From NCBI GenBank assembly GCA_051453625.1, contig JBOZIK010000001.1, positions 27,780,562-27,839,080 on the forward strand: a DNA stretch of 58,519 nt, in the 5' to 3' direction. Of the stretch, positions 1 through 12,765 are shown in pieces. The stretch comes from Welwitschia mirabilis. Its lineage: Eukaryota. The notes below the pieces were generated by a model, which saw only the letters and a program-made list of their open reading frames with translations, was not told the origin of the DNA and did no database searches. Every line of letters starts with the position of its first letter. Position 1 is the first letter of the stretch. The translations under genes and the position numbers were made by a program.

Positions 1-1610
1 TAATTAAAGAAACCTATCATGAATCTATAACAACATAAACTATGAGGAATAAGTTCCTGCAATCAAAAAGAGTAATTCATATTAAAGATGAAAATGACAT
101 CTGTATCACAAAGTAGCTGTTCCTCAATAGAGGATACACCGCCCAACACCAAGGTAACATCTCTTTGGATTACAAGATGGTTCTCCGGTCCTAAGATCTC
201 CTGTCACGAGAATCTCAAGTACTGTCGAAGATGATTAGAGATCAAGGGGGAGACCTTTATTTATAGGCAAAAAGGAGAAAGGGACTAATAGAAAAGTATA
301 ACATAAACTATAGCTAGCANNNNNNNNNNNNNNNNNNNNNNNNNNNNNNNNNNNNNNNNNNNNNNNNNNNNNNNNNNNNNNNNNNNNNNNNNNNNNNNNN
401 NNNNNNNNNNNNNNNNNNNNNNNNNNNNNNNNNNNNNNNNNNNNNNNNNNNNNNNNNNNNNNNNNNNNNNNNNNNNNNNNNNNNNNNNNNNNNNNNNNNN
501 NNNNNNNNNNNNNNNNNNNNNNNNNNNNNNNNNNNNNNNNNNNNNNNNNNNNNNNNNNNNNNNNNNNNNNNNNNNNNNNNNNNNNNNNNNNNNNNNNNNN
601 NNNNNNNNNNNNNNNNNNNNNNNNNNNNNNNNNNNNNNNNNNNNNNNNNNNNNNNNNNNNNNNNNNNNNNNNNNNNNNNNNNNNNNNNNNNNNNNNNNNN
701 NNNNNNNNNNNNNNNNNNNNNNNNNNNNNNNNNNNNNNNNNNNNNNNNNNNNNNNNNNNNNNNNNNNNNNNNNNNNNNNNNNNNNNNNNNNNNNNNNNNN
801 NNNNNNNNNNNNNNNNNNNNNNNNNNNNNNNNNNNNNNNNNNNNNNNNNNNNNNNNNNNNNNNNNNNNNNNNNNNNNNNNNNNNNNNNNNNNNNNNNNNN
901 NNNNNNNNNNNNNNNNNNNNNNNNNNNNNNNNNNNNNNNNNNNNNNNNNNNNNNNNNNNNNNNNNNNNNNNNNGGGAGACCTTTATTTATAGGTAGAAAG
1001 GGAAAAGAGACTAGCAGAAAAGCATAACATAAACTATAGCTAACAAGAAAGGGAAAGTTGCAAATAACAGGCGACAACTCGGGAATACAATGTGTAAAAG
1101 TATCAGAGGATAGTGTTATCCAGGAGGTCGTCTAGACGATGGAGGAGACGACAGGGTTTTACAATGAGATATCTAGTTTGCTGTGATCTTTATGCAAACT
1201 GTTATCAACTGAAATTGGAGATGTCGTCCACTAGTGTCGTTTGGACGATGAGGTGGATGATGGATTCTGATGATAAGAACTTTACTTCATCTGCAAGCTA
1301 TCTGAAAATAAGTGTGTCTTTTGTCGAATTAGGGTTGTCGTCCTGACTATCGTCTGGACGACATAGGGAACGATAGTCTTCTACTCATCCTTTGTTAGTG
1401 TGATATCTGGTTGTTTGCTAGAATAATCATCTGAAAATACAATTTATCCATATCTATATGAAATCTTCATGAATTATATGATAAACTGCATGGTTTTGTC
1501 TCATGCTCCTTGATTCGCAATTATCATAAAAACTGAGCGTTTATCTGTTAGTTTATCTGCAAAACAACTTAAAATACCCTATCAAATACACTTAAGTTGG
1601 TGCCACAACA
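1..1610 (-). mobile_element. LTR (family A, Athila-like Ty3/gypsy), minus strand, contains a 654-N gap, runs off the window start
   Basis: Reverse complement aligns with the + LTR at 28594-29804 (start TGTTGTGGCACCAACTTAAGTGTATTTGATAGGG vs TGTTGTGACACCAACTTATGTGCATTTGATAGGG; TATAAATAAAGGTCTCCCC TATA region; CCTCYATTGAGG motif). The TG terminus at 1610 abuts gag-like sequence, not a PPT. Confidence 0.9.
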
Positions 1611-4505
1611 AGGGAGTTTAATTTAACACACAACTGAAGAAGCATGGCAACATTTACAAGCCTTAGTTGAACTTAGCTAAGCATGACCTAAGCTTAGAGA
1701 AAATAAAACCCTTGAATAATATTTAAGGGAAATGCATCATGTCAAACATCGAGAGGGCAAACAAAAATAAATTATATATAAAGAAGAAAATAGTAGTAAT
1801 AGTGATAGTCCACTTGTAAGGAGAATGATGAAATTAATCTAAGAGGTGAAACTAGCAAAACTACATATCACACCAATTCCTACTTGTGAATTATGTGATG
1901 AAAACAATGTAGTCACTGAATTCCCATCTTGGCCAACTATGAAGGAAGTAGCAAGGGAAGAAGTGTGTTATGACAATCAATCAGATCTTAATCACTAAAA
2001 AGGATCTTTCCATAATAAGAAAAAGCCTTACCATCAATTAGGTTTTTCCTTCAAGCCTGAGTATAAACTTTTCTTTAAAAAACTATATAACCCAACATAT
2101 GGATGATACAATCAATACAAGGAGGATCCAATTAAGGAAGCTATGACAGAGATAAGAAGAATCCATGAATAAACACATAAGAGCATTAAGCAAACTTAGA
2201 AAAGTATATAAGATTTGGTTAGGATTATGTAACAAATTATGTTAGCCAACTAAAGACCACAAGGTACATTAGCTTCCAATACATTACCTAACCCCATAGT
2301 TGTGAAGAAAGATTAGAAGGTAGTCACTTGAAAAGACACTACTACTTCACCTGAAGACCCATCTATAAGTAATAACATTGAAGAAGAAAAGGATAAAGAT
2401 GCAAAAATCCTTCATGAGACACACTTTCCTTCCACTTCTAATTCAACAAACAAAAATAAAACATCAAATAAAGGAAGAAAACATCTTAATCCTTAGTTAG
2501 ATAGATTCAACTCTAATCTAAGTGATGATAAGTATATCAAAACAATCATGAAGGATATTAATGTCATACTACCATTTTGGAGCATACTTCAAGACAATTC
2601 TAAATATGCCAAAGTATCGAAGAACCTTTGCAGGAGGAAGCAAAAACATACATTACCAAGTAGAGTATTTTTAGCCCAATCTATGACCAACTCTATACTA
2701 CAAAAATGTTCAAAATCCAAAGATCCAGGGCAGTAATCATTAGTGTAATCTTAGAAGATAACAAAAAGATCAAAAATTCCCTGATTGACATAGGTGCAAG
2801 TGTAAATATAATGCCCCCTCATATTTGTAAAAAGTTTGGATTAGAAAGTTGAATTGAAATAACAACAATTATCCTAGAAATGATTGATTTACCATTAAGA
2901 AAGCCACTTGGAATTATCAAAGATTTAATTATCCAAATAGAGGAAGTATACTACCCCATTGATGTCATAATAATTGAAATTAATCACAATGATGGATACC
3001 CCTTGCTTTTAGGTAGATCTTTTTATGCTATTCTTCATTGCATTATAGGCACTAAAGGTGGAACCATGCAACTTTACATAGGTAGTAAAAAGATTCAAAT
3101 TCAAGTGTTTAACATAGTAGAAAAGAACATAAGGGTTCCAAAGGATGAGCTAATTGAAGATGTTAGATCAACAATGTTTGTAGGTCATCATTCACTTGAA
3201 TTGAAGGCCTTCACCCATAAAAAACCAACTCTTTTTGATGATATTAAGGAATTATCAACAATCTTAGAAAGTATTAATTCCATCAACCCTTGTAAACTTG
3301 ATAGTAACATGCAACCTTTGATGGAAGATACATTTGAAAATATCACCACCTAAGACATTGAGAAAGTAGAAGTCATGAAGATAACTTCTAATGAGGATGG
3401 TTATGCAACTCTAAATAGACATGAAGAAGTCAACTATAAGATGAATTTAAAGGATCTTAAAAAGGGACTGAAATGTAGTTTTATCAACAACCACCCTAAA
3501 GAGCCCTTAATCATTAGTAGCCATATTCACTTCAAAGCTGAGCAAGCATTAGATTCACTTCTCACATCTAAATCTGAAGCTTTTTCTTGGAGTCACAAAG
3601 ACCTACCTCCTATCCTACCACATATTGTACAACACAAGATATATCTAGAGGATAGTTCAAAACTCATAATGAAACCTTAAAGATGTTTAAATCTAGCATT
3701 AAAACAAGTGATTAAGGATGATATTATTAAAATTTTAGATGTTGACATCATTTACCCTATAAATAATAGTAAGTCGATAAACCCATTAACTATAGTACCT
3801 AAGAAAGGTGGTAAGTAAAGAGTATGCATATAATTCTAAAGACTTAATGAAGTAACCAAAAACGATCATTGCCCTCTTCCTTTTCTTGATCAAGTATTAG
3901 ATAGAATACAAGAACATGCATTCTACTATTTCCTTGATAGGTATAGTGGATATAACCAAGTATGTATTACAAATGAAAATCAAGCAAAGACTACTTTCAC
4001 CTCTTCTTTTAGTACTTAATGCTTTTAGAAGAATGCCTTTTGAGTTATGTAATGCTCCAGGTATCTTTCAACATGCTATGATGGGAATTTTTAGTGACCT
4101 TGTAGAAAACTCCATTGAAATTTTCATGGATGATTTTTCAGNNNNNNNNNNNNNNNNNNNNNNNNNNNNNNNNNNNNNNNNNNNNNNNNNNNNNNNNNNN
4201 NNNNNNNNNNNNNNNNNNNNNNNNNNNNNNNNNNNNNNNNNGTTTATAAAATGCTCTAGGTACCTTTCAACATGCTATGATGGGAATTCTTAGTGACATT
4301 GTAGAAAACTCCATCAAAATTTTCATGGATGATTTTTCGGTCTTTATAGATTATTTTAACCAAACTCTAAATCACTTAGCACAAGTCTTAGAATAATGTA
4401 TTGAAAGTGGACTTCACCTTAGTTGGGAAAAGAGCCATTTCAAGATTGATGAAGGGAGAGTTTTAGGACATCATATTTCAATAAGAGGTATACAAATGGA
4501 CCCAT
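1611..4505 (+). pseudogene. Degenerate Ty3/gypsy (Athila-like) gag C-terminus, aspartic protease and N-terminal RT
   Basis: Zn-knuckle-like CELCDE (~1885); KSKDPG and protease LIDIGASVNIMP (~2780); YPLLLGRSF; RT motifs IVPKKGGK*RVCI, DHCPLPFLDQVLD, FLDRYSGYNQ, RRMPFELCNAPGIFQ, EIFMDDFS, LSWEKSHF, LGHHIS. Many stops and frameshifts; ends abruptly at GIQMDP. Confidence 0.92.
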
Positions 4506-4678
4506 TAATGCTATAAATTTGCACGCCTAAATTTGGTGCGCCTAAATTTGCACTTTCAAAAGTAATCAATGCTATAAANNNNNNNNNNNNNNNNNNNNNN
4601 NNNNNNNNNNNNNNNNNNNNNNNNNNNNNNNNNNNNNNNNNNNNNNNNNNNNNNNNNNNNNNNNNNNNNNNNNNNNNN

Positions 4679-4851
4679 TTGTCCCTTAGTTGAATTCTGG
4701 CTTTTTAAGATTAAAACATGGCATAAATATCATAATTAGGTTGTTAGATCAGATTATGGTAAAATGCCTGAAAATGACTGAATTGAGTTCCTATTCCCTG
4801 CAAAACACCATCAATTACACCATTAAAACGTGATAATTTGGGATCGCAACA
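4679..4851 (-). mobile_element. 5' fragment of an LTR related to families A/C, next to a gap
   Basis: Reverse complement begins TGTTGCGATCCCAAATT...TTTAATGGTGTAATTGATGGTGTTTTGCAGG, resembling the family C start (TGTTGTGATGACAATTT...TTTGATGATGTATTTAGAGTACTTTTGTAGG). Confidence 0.55.
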
Positions 4852-4976
4852 ACGGTTAAATGAGATTTCTTCAAATATCATATCTCTCTAATAAATAGGT
4901 TGTATTTTTGAAAGGTATATTTTAGATAATATGTTAATAACTTAAGAAGATTTATAAGGAAATAAAAATACTAATT

Positions 4977-6080
4977 TGTTAATGTAATGTGGTCTAATGT
5001 GAACACAACATATCTTTTATATTAGGGTTATTTCTTAAAGCCATTTTCTTGTACAAATTCTCTAGCATTTCTTAAAGCCATTTTCTTAGTAATGGATCTC
5101 ATAAGAAAGTATATCGCACATGGATTTTAAAAAAAGGGTTAACTCTAAACCCCTCTATAAAAGACTTGATTGATGTAATAAATTTACTAAAGATTGATAC
5201 CTCTTGAAGATAAGAATGAAATGCTAGAGAATTTGTACAAGATCATCTGCTTGATGTTTGTTAGATGCTTTAGCTTGTTTGTATACTTTATTTTATGCTT
5301 GAAGGATTGAGATAAGTTTTGATTCTTCATTGTTACTATTACATTAAGATTAAATAAGCTTCATTATTTATTTTATTTTATGTTTTGTTTAAAATAATTC
5401 AAGATTCAAATATTAGAGGAAAGATCATGTAATTGAGATGCAATAAAAGGTTATTTAAATAAGTATGAAATATTTCAAGTTGCATTTGAAAGATTTGATT
5501 AAATAGTAATGATCTTTAAATCTTTATAAAAATATTTAATCCTTTCAAGGCATTATTATGTTATTTCATCAAATGATAAAAAATATTTTCATATTTAAAG
5601 AAAGATTCTAAAAGAATTACATTTGTGAGACTTTAAATTCACTTTTAAAATTTTTTCCTTGAATTGGATATCATGGTAGATGAGATAGCATTCAGATTTT
5701 TTCATTCAAATTTCATTTTAGCATTTTCAAACTCCATTTGAAAACTGACTTATACAATGAATGTCTTCCAATAGGTAGACATCTATAATATAGGAAAAGT
5801 CTTTAAGATATCTTCACAAAACTTAATTTTTCATTCATTAAAAGGATAAACATATGATAGTTTCAAGATGTCTTTGTAGAACTAAAATTTAATTATAGAG
5901 AATAGAACTTTTAGGATAGATATATAACACATCAAAACATCTTATATCAATTATTTAAACTTAAGAAAGATGTGTAATAGGTCAAAGACATTTATTCTTC
6001 TTTGAGACATCTTTCACATCAAATATTTCTTCAATTCAAAATAGTCAAAATTAACTAGACTCACTAGGCTTTAATTGATA
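4977..6080 (+). repeat. 5' LTR of the copia element
   Basis: TGTTAATGTAATGTGGTCTAA start matches 8748 TGTTGATGTAATTTGATCTAA; TATA in AACCCCTCTATAAAAG (~5148-5163); colinear to the end. Confidence 0.88.
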
Positions 6081-6083
6081 GAG

Positions 6084-6095
6084 TGGTATTAGATT
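6084..6095 (+). promoter_or_regulatory. Decayed primer-binding site (tRNA-iMet type)
   Basis: TGGTATTAGATT vs canonical TGGTATCAGAGC, 3 nt after the LTR end. Confidence 0.7.
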
Positions 6096-6199
6096 ATAAG
6101 GCATAGTTATAAATATTTAAAAAAGATTAAATTTGAAGATCATAAAGGTTACTTTCATCTTCATTTCAATATGTTAAAGGATATTCTTAGACACTAAAT

Positions 6200-8703
6200 T
6201 ACATTTAATTAAAGTTAATATTTCACTTATTTGTATAAATTAATGAAGATATTATTTGAATTGAATAAATACTATGATGTAGTTGAGAATGGTTTCTTTG
6301 ATTTGGTAAATCATAATGTGTTGAATAGATATTATAAGGGAAAATAGGAATTACAGAAGATCCATAATGTATTAGTCAAGATAATCATTTATAAATTTGT
6401 AAATGAAGCCATCAGAGCTAGAAAAAAAAAGGCTATTTTAAATAATTCCACCATAGAGAGAGAAATTATGCCACTTGAATTAGTACACATGGATTTGGTT
6501 GGTCCAATGAATACTTGTGCAATGAAGGGCATAAAATATTTTATGGTTATTTTTGATGACTTTTCTATGTACACATGGTATTATCTCCTCCAATATAAAG
6601 ATAAAGAATTATTTATTTTTAATTATTTTAAAAAACATATCAAAAATCAATTTGGACAAAAGATAAAAGTCATTAGAAGTAATAGACAAATTGAATTTGT
6701 AAATACTAAGTTAAATCAATTTTGTGATGGTTGTGGTAGTACGTAGAAAATAACATGGAGTTATTCCCCACAAAGAAATGGAATAACCAAAATAAAAAAT
6801 TGTGTATTATAATATATAACACATTGCTTATCAACACAAGGTAAATTATCCATTTCATATTAGAATGAGGTTGTCACTATAGCCATATATCTTCTTAATC
6901 AAGTGGTCACTTCATCAAATAAAGGTAAAACTCCATAGAGCTAACTTTTGAAAGAGTTCCAAATTTATCTTATGTGAAAAATTTTTATTGTATTTTTTGT
7001 GTACATATACCTAATAAATTAACATCTAAACTTGATGCTAGAATTATGAATTGCATTTGTATTGGAAATAAAGTAAAATCTTGTGGATATAGATGTCTTG
7101 AACTCATTAGTAAAAGATATTTCATTCTTAAAGATGTTAATTTTTATGAATTAAAAGTTGGTTTATCACACTTCTTTTATGAAGAATACAATGTTTAACA
7201 ATCCATACATTACTTCTCATCCATCTGTGTAATCGAGAAATATCAATGATCATCCATCTTCCCAAATATTACATACAAATTTTCAAAGAAGATTTAAAAT
7301 AGAACAAGACACAGGGGAACTTATAGATTAAAAAAAGGCAAAGAAGATCATTGACTGAAAATAGTTCTTCAAAATAAAAATGAATTAGAAATGCATTGTC
7401 ATGAGTTAAAAAGTAAGCCTAGTTACTAAAGGATGAAAGGAAAAGAAGCATATTAATTATGAAGAAATTGTTAACCATAAAACTAATGATTTATTTAGTA
7501 GTTCATGGAGGTTATTTTTGCATCACATGGATGTAAATAGTGCATTTTTTAATGGCAATCTAGAAGAATAAGTACACATTTTTTAGCCTAAAGTCTTTTT
7601 TGTTAAAGGCTAAGAAAACAAGATATGTAAACTTAAAAAAGCTCTTTATGATCTCAAGTAAGCTCCAAGAGCTTAGTTTAGAAATAATTAATGATTACGT
7701 AATTGGAAAAAGTTATAACCATGCATTTTAGGGTTCACTTTATATTTCAAACACTCAAGTGATTATTTTTTTATGATATCTCTTTATGTTGATGACATAG
7801 TATTCTTTGCTACATGTAAGTAAATGATTTAAAACTTCAAGGTGAAAATGAAAATAAAATTTGTAATGGAAGATCTTAGTATTATTAAATATTTTTTGGG
7901 TACTTAATTTGTTGAAGTTAAGGACTCCATGTTTTTACATCAATCAAAATTTGCATAATCCATAATGGAGAAAGATGTACTTCTTTAATTAAAACCAACC
8001 ACCACTTCATTATCTCAAAATCTCAAAATTGAAAGGGAGGCTTCTTTAAGGACAATGAATGCTTCTTTTTATAGGTTTATAATAGGTTCCTTAAGATTTT
8101 TATGTCATACAAGACCTCATATTAAATTTTTAACATCATTTATATCCACATATATGGTTAAACCAAGAGAGATCATCTTGTTACTTTGAAACATCGCATG
8201 AGATATATAGTTGACACACTTAGGCTTAAATTTGAAAAAGGAGATAAAGATATTTATTCTTATTATTATGTTATTTGAGGTAAATCCATTGAAGATAAAA
8301 AATCCACTCCTATTACTATTAAATTTTATAAAAGAAATAAAATTAATTGGAAGTCAAAGAAACATGTGTGTTTCTTTCATCCAATAAAGCTGAGTACATC
8401 TCCATGGCTGACTTTTTCTAACATGTGTTATGGAATTTGAAATTATTTGATTAATTATAGGTGAAAGAAAAAACTTTAATTGATATTCTTGTTCATAATA
8501 TGCTAGTCATAATGCTTTCTCAAGAACATACTCTTCATAAGAAGAGTAAATCCATTGAAATCAAATATTATATTATTAAAGACAAGGTGAAGGAGGAAAT
8601 AATCATGTTAAAAAATGTTTCTATAAATGAACAAGTTGCTAATATGTTGACAAACAAGCTATCAATTTGCAAAATGCATATTTCATTTTCAATTAAAACA
8701 TGA
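6200..8703 (+). pseudogene. Degenerate copia gag stub, integrase, partial RT and RNase H
   Basis: gag-like DVVENGF (~6276); integrase PLELVHMDLVGP, DDFS, KIKVIRSN, SKLDAR; RT HMDVNSAFFNGNL, LKKALYDLK, LYVDDI, TRPHI; RNase H HKKSKSIEIKYY, QVANMLT. Confidence 0.9.
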
Positions 8704-8747
8704 TTTTTGTGTCTTTAGCATCTAATTTTCACATTGTTCCAAGGGAT

Positions 8748-9869
8748 TGTTGATGTAATTTGATCTAAGATGGATACATCATATGTTTTCTATGCAGATT
8801 ATTTATTAAAATCATTATTTAGAAAGCCATAAGTTTAAAAACCTTATGTATGAAAAATATTAATGTATCTTGTAAGGTATTGTATTCCACATGGATTAAA
8901 AAAAAGAGGGATAACTTCAAACCCCTCTATAAAGGACTTTATTGATGTAATGAATTTACCAAAGATTGATGCCTCTTGAAGAAAAGAATAAAGTATTGGA
9001 GAATTTATGCCAGATTATTTTCTTAATGTTTTCTTGATTCTTTAACTTATTATTATGCTCTATTTTATGCTTAAAATATCGATATAAGTTCATATTCTTC
9101 ATTGTTACTATTGCTTTAAGATTAAATAAGCTTTATTTTTCAATTTATGTTACATTTTGTTTAAAATACTTTAAGAGTAAATGATTATACACTAGATAAT
9201 GTCATTGAGATGAAATATAAGGCTATTTCAATAAGTAAGAAATATTTCAAATTGGATTTGAAATATCTAATTAAATATTCATGATCTTTGAAGATTTATA
9301 CAAAGATTTGATTATTTCAATGTATTATTATATTATTTCATCAAATGAAAAAATGATTTTCATATTTCAAGAAATATCTTAAAAGAGTTACATTTTTGAG
9401 ACTTTATATTCCATTTTAAAGTGTTTTTGTTGATACAAATATGATGGTATATGAGTTATCCCTCAGATTTTATCATTAGAACTTCATTTTAGCTTTTTTT
9501 TTTGGATCTTGTTTCAAAATAGACTTGCAGGTTAGATGTACTTTAATAAGTAGACATTTATGATTTATAAAATATACCTATTCCAACCTTAAATATGACT
9601 TCATAAAAATATATTTTTAGGTTTTTTAAAGGATAGATCTTTGCTAGTTTCAAAGATATATTTGCAAAACTAAAATTTGATTATGAAGAATAGGACTTTC
9701 AAGATAGACATCTAACACATTAAAGGTGTCTTCTATTAATTATTTAAGCTCAAGAAAGATGTATAATAGGTAAAAGACATTTTTGCTTCTCTAATATCTC
9801 TTATACATCAATGATGTCTTTAATTTAAACTATCCAAAATCAACTAGACTAACTTGGCTTCTGCTAATA
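8748..9869 (+). repeat. 3' LTR of the copia element
   Basis: Direct repeat of 4977-6080; preceded by a short purine tract AAGGGA and followed by the TSD TAATT. Confidence 0.88.
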
Positions 9870-11289
9870 TAATTAAGATGTCTTCAACTTATTTATGTAA
9901 TTAGCCATCTATGTATTAATGCCAATTCTTAAATAGCTAAAATGTTTGATAGTATTGTAAACTTTCTTATTTATCATTTAGTGAAAAAGATTTTTCTTTA
10001 GCATATTCTTTACTTATTATTGTAGTAGATTTTCTTTTTCATTAGATTCTATGAAATATTTAAATTAAAGCTATTATAGAGATCATTATCTTTAATCATA
10101 ATAATCAGATCATTATTATGTATTCTGATAATGATGTCTTTTTTTATAGTTAATAATAATTATATTGATATTAATCAACTTTTGTATTGATTTGAGAAAT
10201 ATTTATTTCTATTAAGTTACTTTATTAATTAATTAATATTATTTTTCTACAATCTCATAAAAATTTATTAGAAACTGCTAAGCAAAAACTATAAGTTGGT
10301 GTAAGAGAAGATATTGTTGAACTTCTATTGATTTGTTTTAATATTCAAGCTTTCCTTCCTTTCCTTGAATATCAAGTTCTTTTTAGAATTTAAATAAAAA
10401 TTAGATAAATAAAAAATAAAATATCTTATCATAAACTATAAATTACTAGTTTATAAGACTATTCCAGCTTCTACTCATGCTTATTATTATTTTTGTTTGA
10501 CATGTTTTAAGTTATTTACTAGAAATTATATTATTTATTTGAAAATTTCATGTAGTTATTTAAAGATTATTACAAAGGATTTCATCATGTGATCTAATAT
10601 AACTACTTTACCTAAATACCAAGATCTTTAAATTTTTACAAATCCTTTTTGAAAAAAATATTACTTCATTGCTAAGTGGCTTTTCTAGCATCTAAATTCT
10701 TAAATGTTATTGAAAACTTATTATAGATTTATTTTCAATAGGATTTTTATAAAAATAAATCTTTTGAAAAGTCTATTTGCATAGAAATGTCTTCATAGCA
10801 TAAATATTTTTCATAGCATTTTTATAGCTTAGAAAATATTACATTACTATATTAACTAGAAAAATATTTCATTACATTAGAATATTAATATTTATGTTTG
10901 TTTGTAATGATATTTGTTATTATCATCTACTTTAATTTCTTCCATGAATTCTAAGTTAGTAATTAATTTTTTCAAGAAATTCTTTGTCCTAATTGATTGA
11001 GGTTAGTAGATGAACAGACTTTTTGGGAATAATTCAAAACTCTTTATGGTTTATATTTTGCCATAAAGCATTTCATCCTTCCAACCAAATCAAAAATTGC
11101 ATTTTTAGCATATTAACAACACACAAAAATTGACATTTACACTAAGCAATTTAGACCTTATTAGCATGCTTAGTTAATGATCATAATGATTTTATGTATT
11201 TATTATGATTAAGTCCATGTAAATATAGCTTTATTATTAATCTATATAAATACTATTATTTCATAGAATAATTGCATCATCTAGAGAAT

Positions 11290-12268
11290 TATGATAGAAG
11301 CTGCAGGTGTGCTAAGAAATATTGGGAGTGGTGCTTGTTCTAGGAGTGAAAACACTAGTTACTATGATTAGAAATATTAATAGTAGAAGATGATTAAGGA
11401 ATATTTTCTAAGAATAAATCCTTAAAGTGGTTTCATGACTAGAGGATGACCCCATATACTTTGGGCATTCTAAAGAATGACCTCATTAGATCTCTGAAAT
11501 CCTAATTATATGCCATAATTTTGGCCTATAAATACCCTATCTTCACTTGAAGGAAATCATATCATATCATTATCATACTATACAAGTGGTTGGAGCTCCA
11601 ATCATGTATTCTTTCTAATCCTCCCATAGAAATGACATAGCTACTAGGCTACTATGTTACTTTTTTGTTTAGTATGAATACTTTCATATATTATATACTT
11701 TTAGATTTTTGATAATAAAGTGTTGCATGTTCCTGGTGCATTACTTTGATATTAAGTTTTGATGAATCTCATACTTGTTATGTTTAGGATTGGCTAAGGA
11801 ATGATTTTATTTTAAGCTCTTTTCATGAATTTTCTTTTTAGTCTAACTAGAGTAACATAAATGTTTATTTGATGGATCTTTGAAGACCTATACTTTATAT
11901 GCTTATTCTCTTATTATTATAAAGGCTAAGTGACTTGGATATATTACACTCATATCTAATGATGAATGTGATTATGCCATTGTACTTGAGCTAGTACTAC
12001 ATAAGTTTTATATTCATGGTGGATGAGATTATACAATTTTTTTGCATTGGAGTAAAACTTAGATGAGTTTCATTGAGTAATTATGCTTTTCTATGAAGTT
12101 ATTATGCTTATTTGAATGCTATTACTTATTTCTAAATCTCTTGTATAGTTTTACTTTTTTATATACATTATTACTATGCTTTCTTTATTAATAGCTATTA
12201 TTATCTATTTTTTTGGAATAATGATATTAAAATTATACTATAAATATAATTCCTAGTATTATATCACA
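11290..12268 (+). mobile_element. Probable solo LTR of an unrelated family (boundaries uncertain)
   Basis: LTR-type TATA CCTATAAATACCC at 11525-11537 followed by a CT-rich tract; possible ...TATCACA end at 12268. No second copy in the window. Confidence 0.35.
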
Positions 12269-12765
12269 TTCAAATTTTTAACAATAAAGATTTAAGTTCA
12301 AAATATTTTAATAAATAATTAGAAAAATGTGAAATTTCATAAGCTAAATATATTATGTTAATGATTGATAATCCCATAATTATTATATTTTCCTTGGATT
12401 TATTCATTTATTTGATCATTTTATCAAATGATAACAAATTATGGATTTGAAATTGAATTTATTTGAAATAGAGTTGTTATTTATTATTTTAAATGTTAAA
12501 GAAATTATTATCATTTTTATGGAATATTTTTCTTACTGTTAAAATCTTATTATCTGTTAATTATAGTAACCATAATTATCATTTATTTAGTTACCCAATG
12601 GCCTAACAAGAGTTACTGAATTTCCCTCACTTCCACCACTTCCACACCTCCCACCACTTTTACACNNNNNNNNNNNNNNNNNNNNNNNNNNNNNNNNNNN
12701 NNNNNNNNNNNNNNNNNNNNNNNNNNNNNNNNNNNNNNNNNNNNNNNNNNNNNNNNNNNNNNNNN

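Larger units (their letters stand above)
4977..9869 (+). mobile_element. Ty1/copia LTR retrotransposon, internally deleted, with both LTRs and a 5-bp TSD
   Basis: About 1.1 kb direct repeats (4977-6080, 8748-9869); TAATT on both flanks (4972-4976, 9870-9874); PBS-like TGGTATTAGA after the 5' LTR; INT-RT-RH order. Confidence 0.9.

Noticed and set aside
235..1077. Long ORFs containing X runs (also 12587, 13761, 41046, 51971-52603, 54409-54987)
   Set aside because: Artefacts of translating through N gaps.
9875..11280. AT-rich stretch as a host gene or promoter
   Set aside because: No ORF, splice pattern or repeat structure that I can support.
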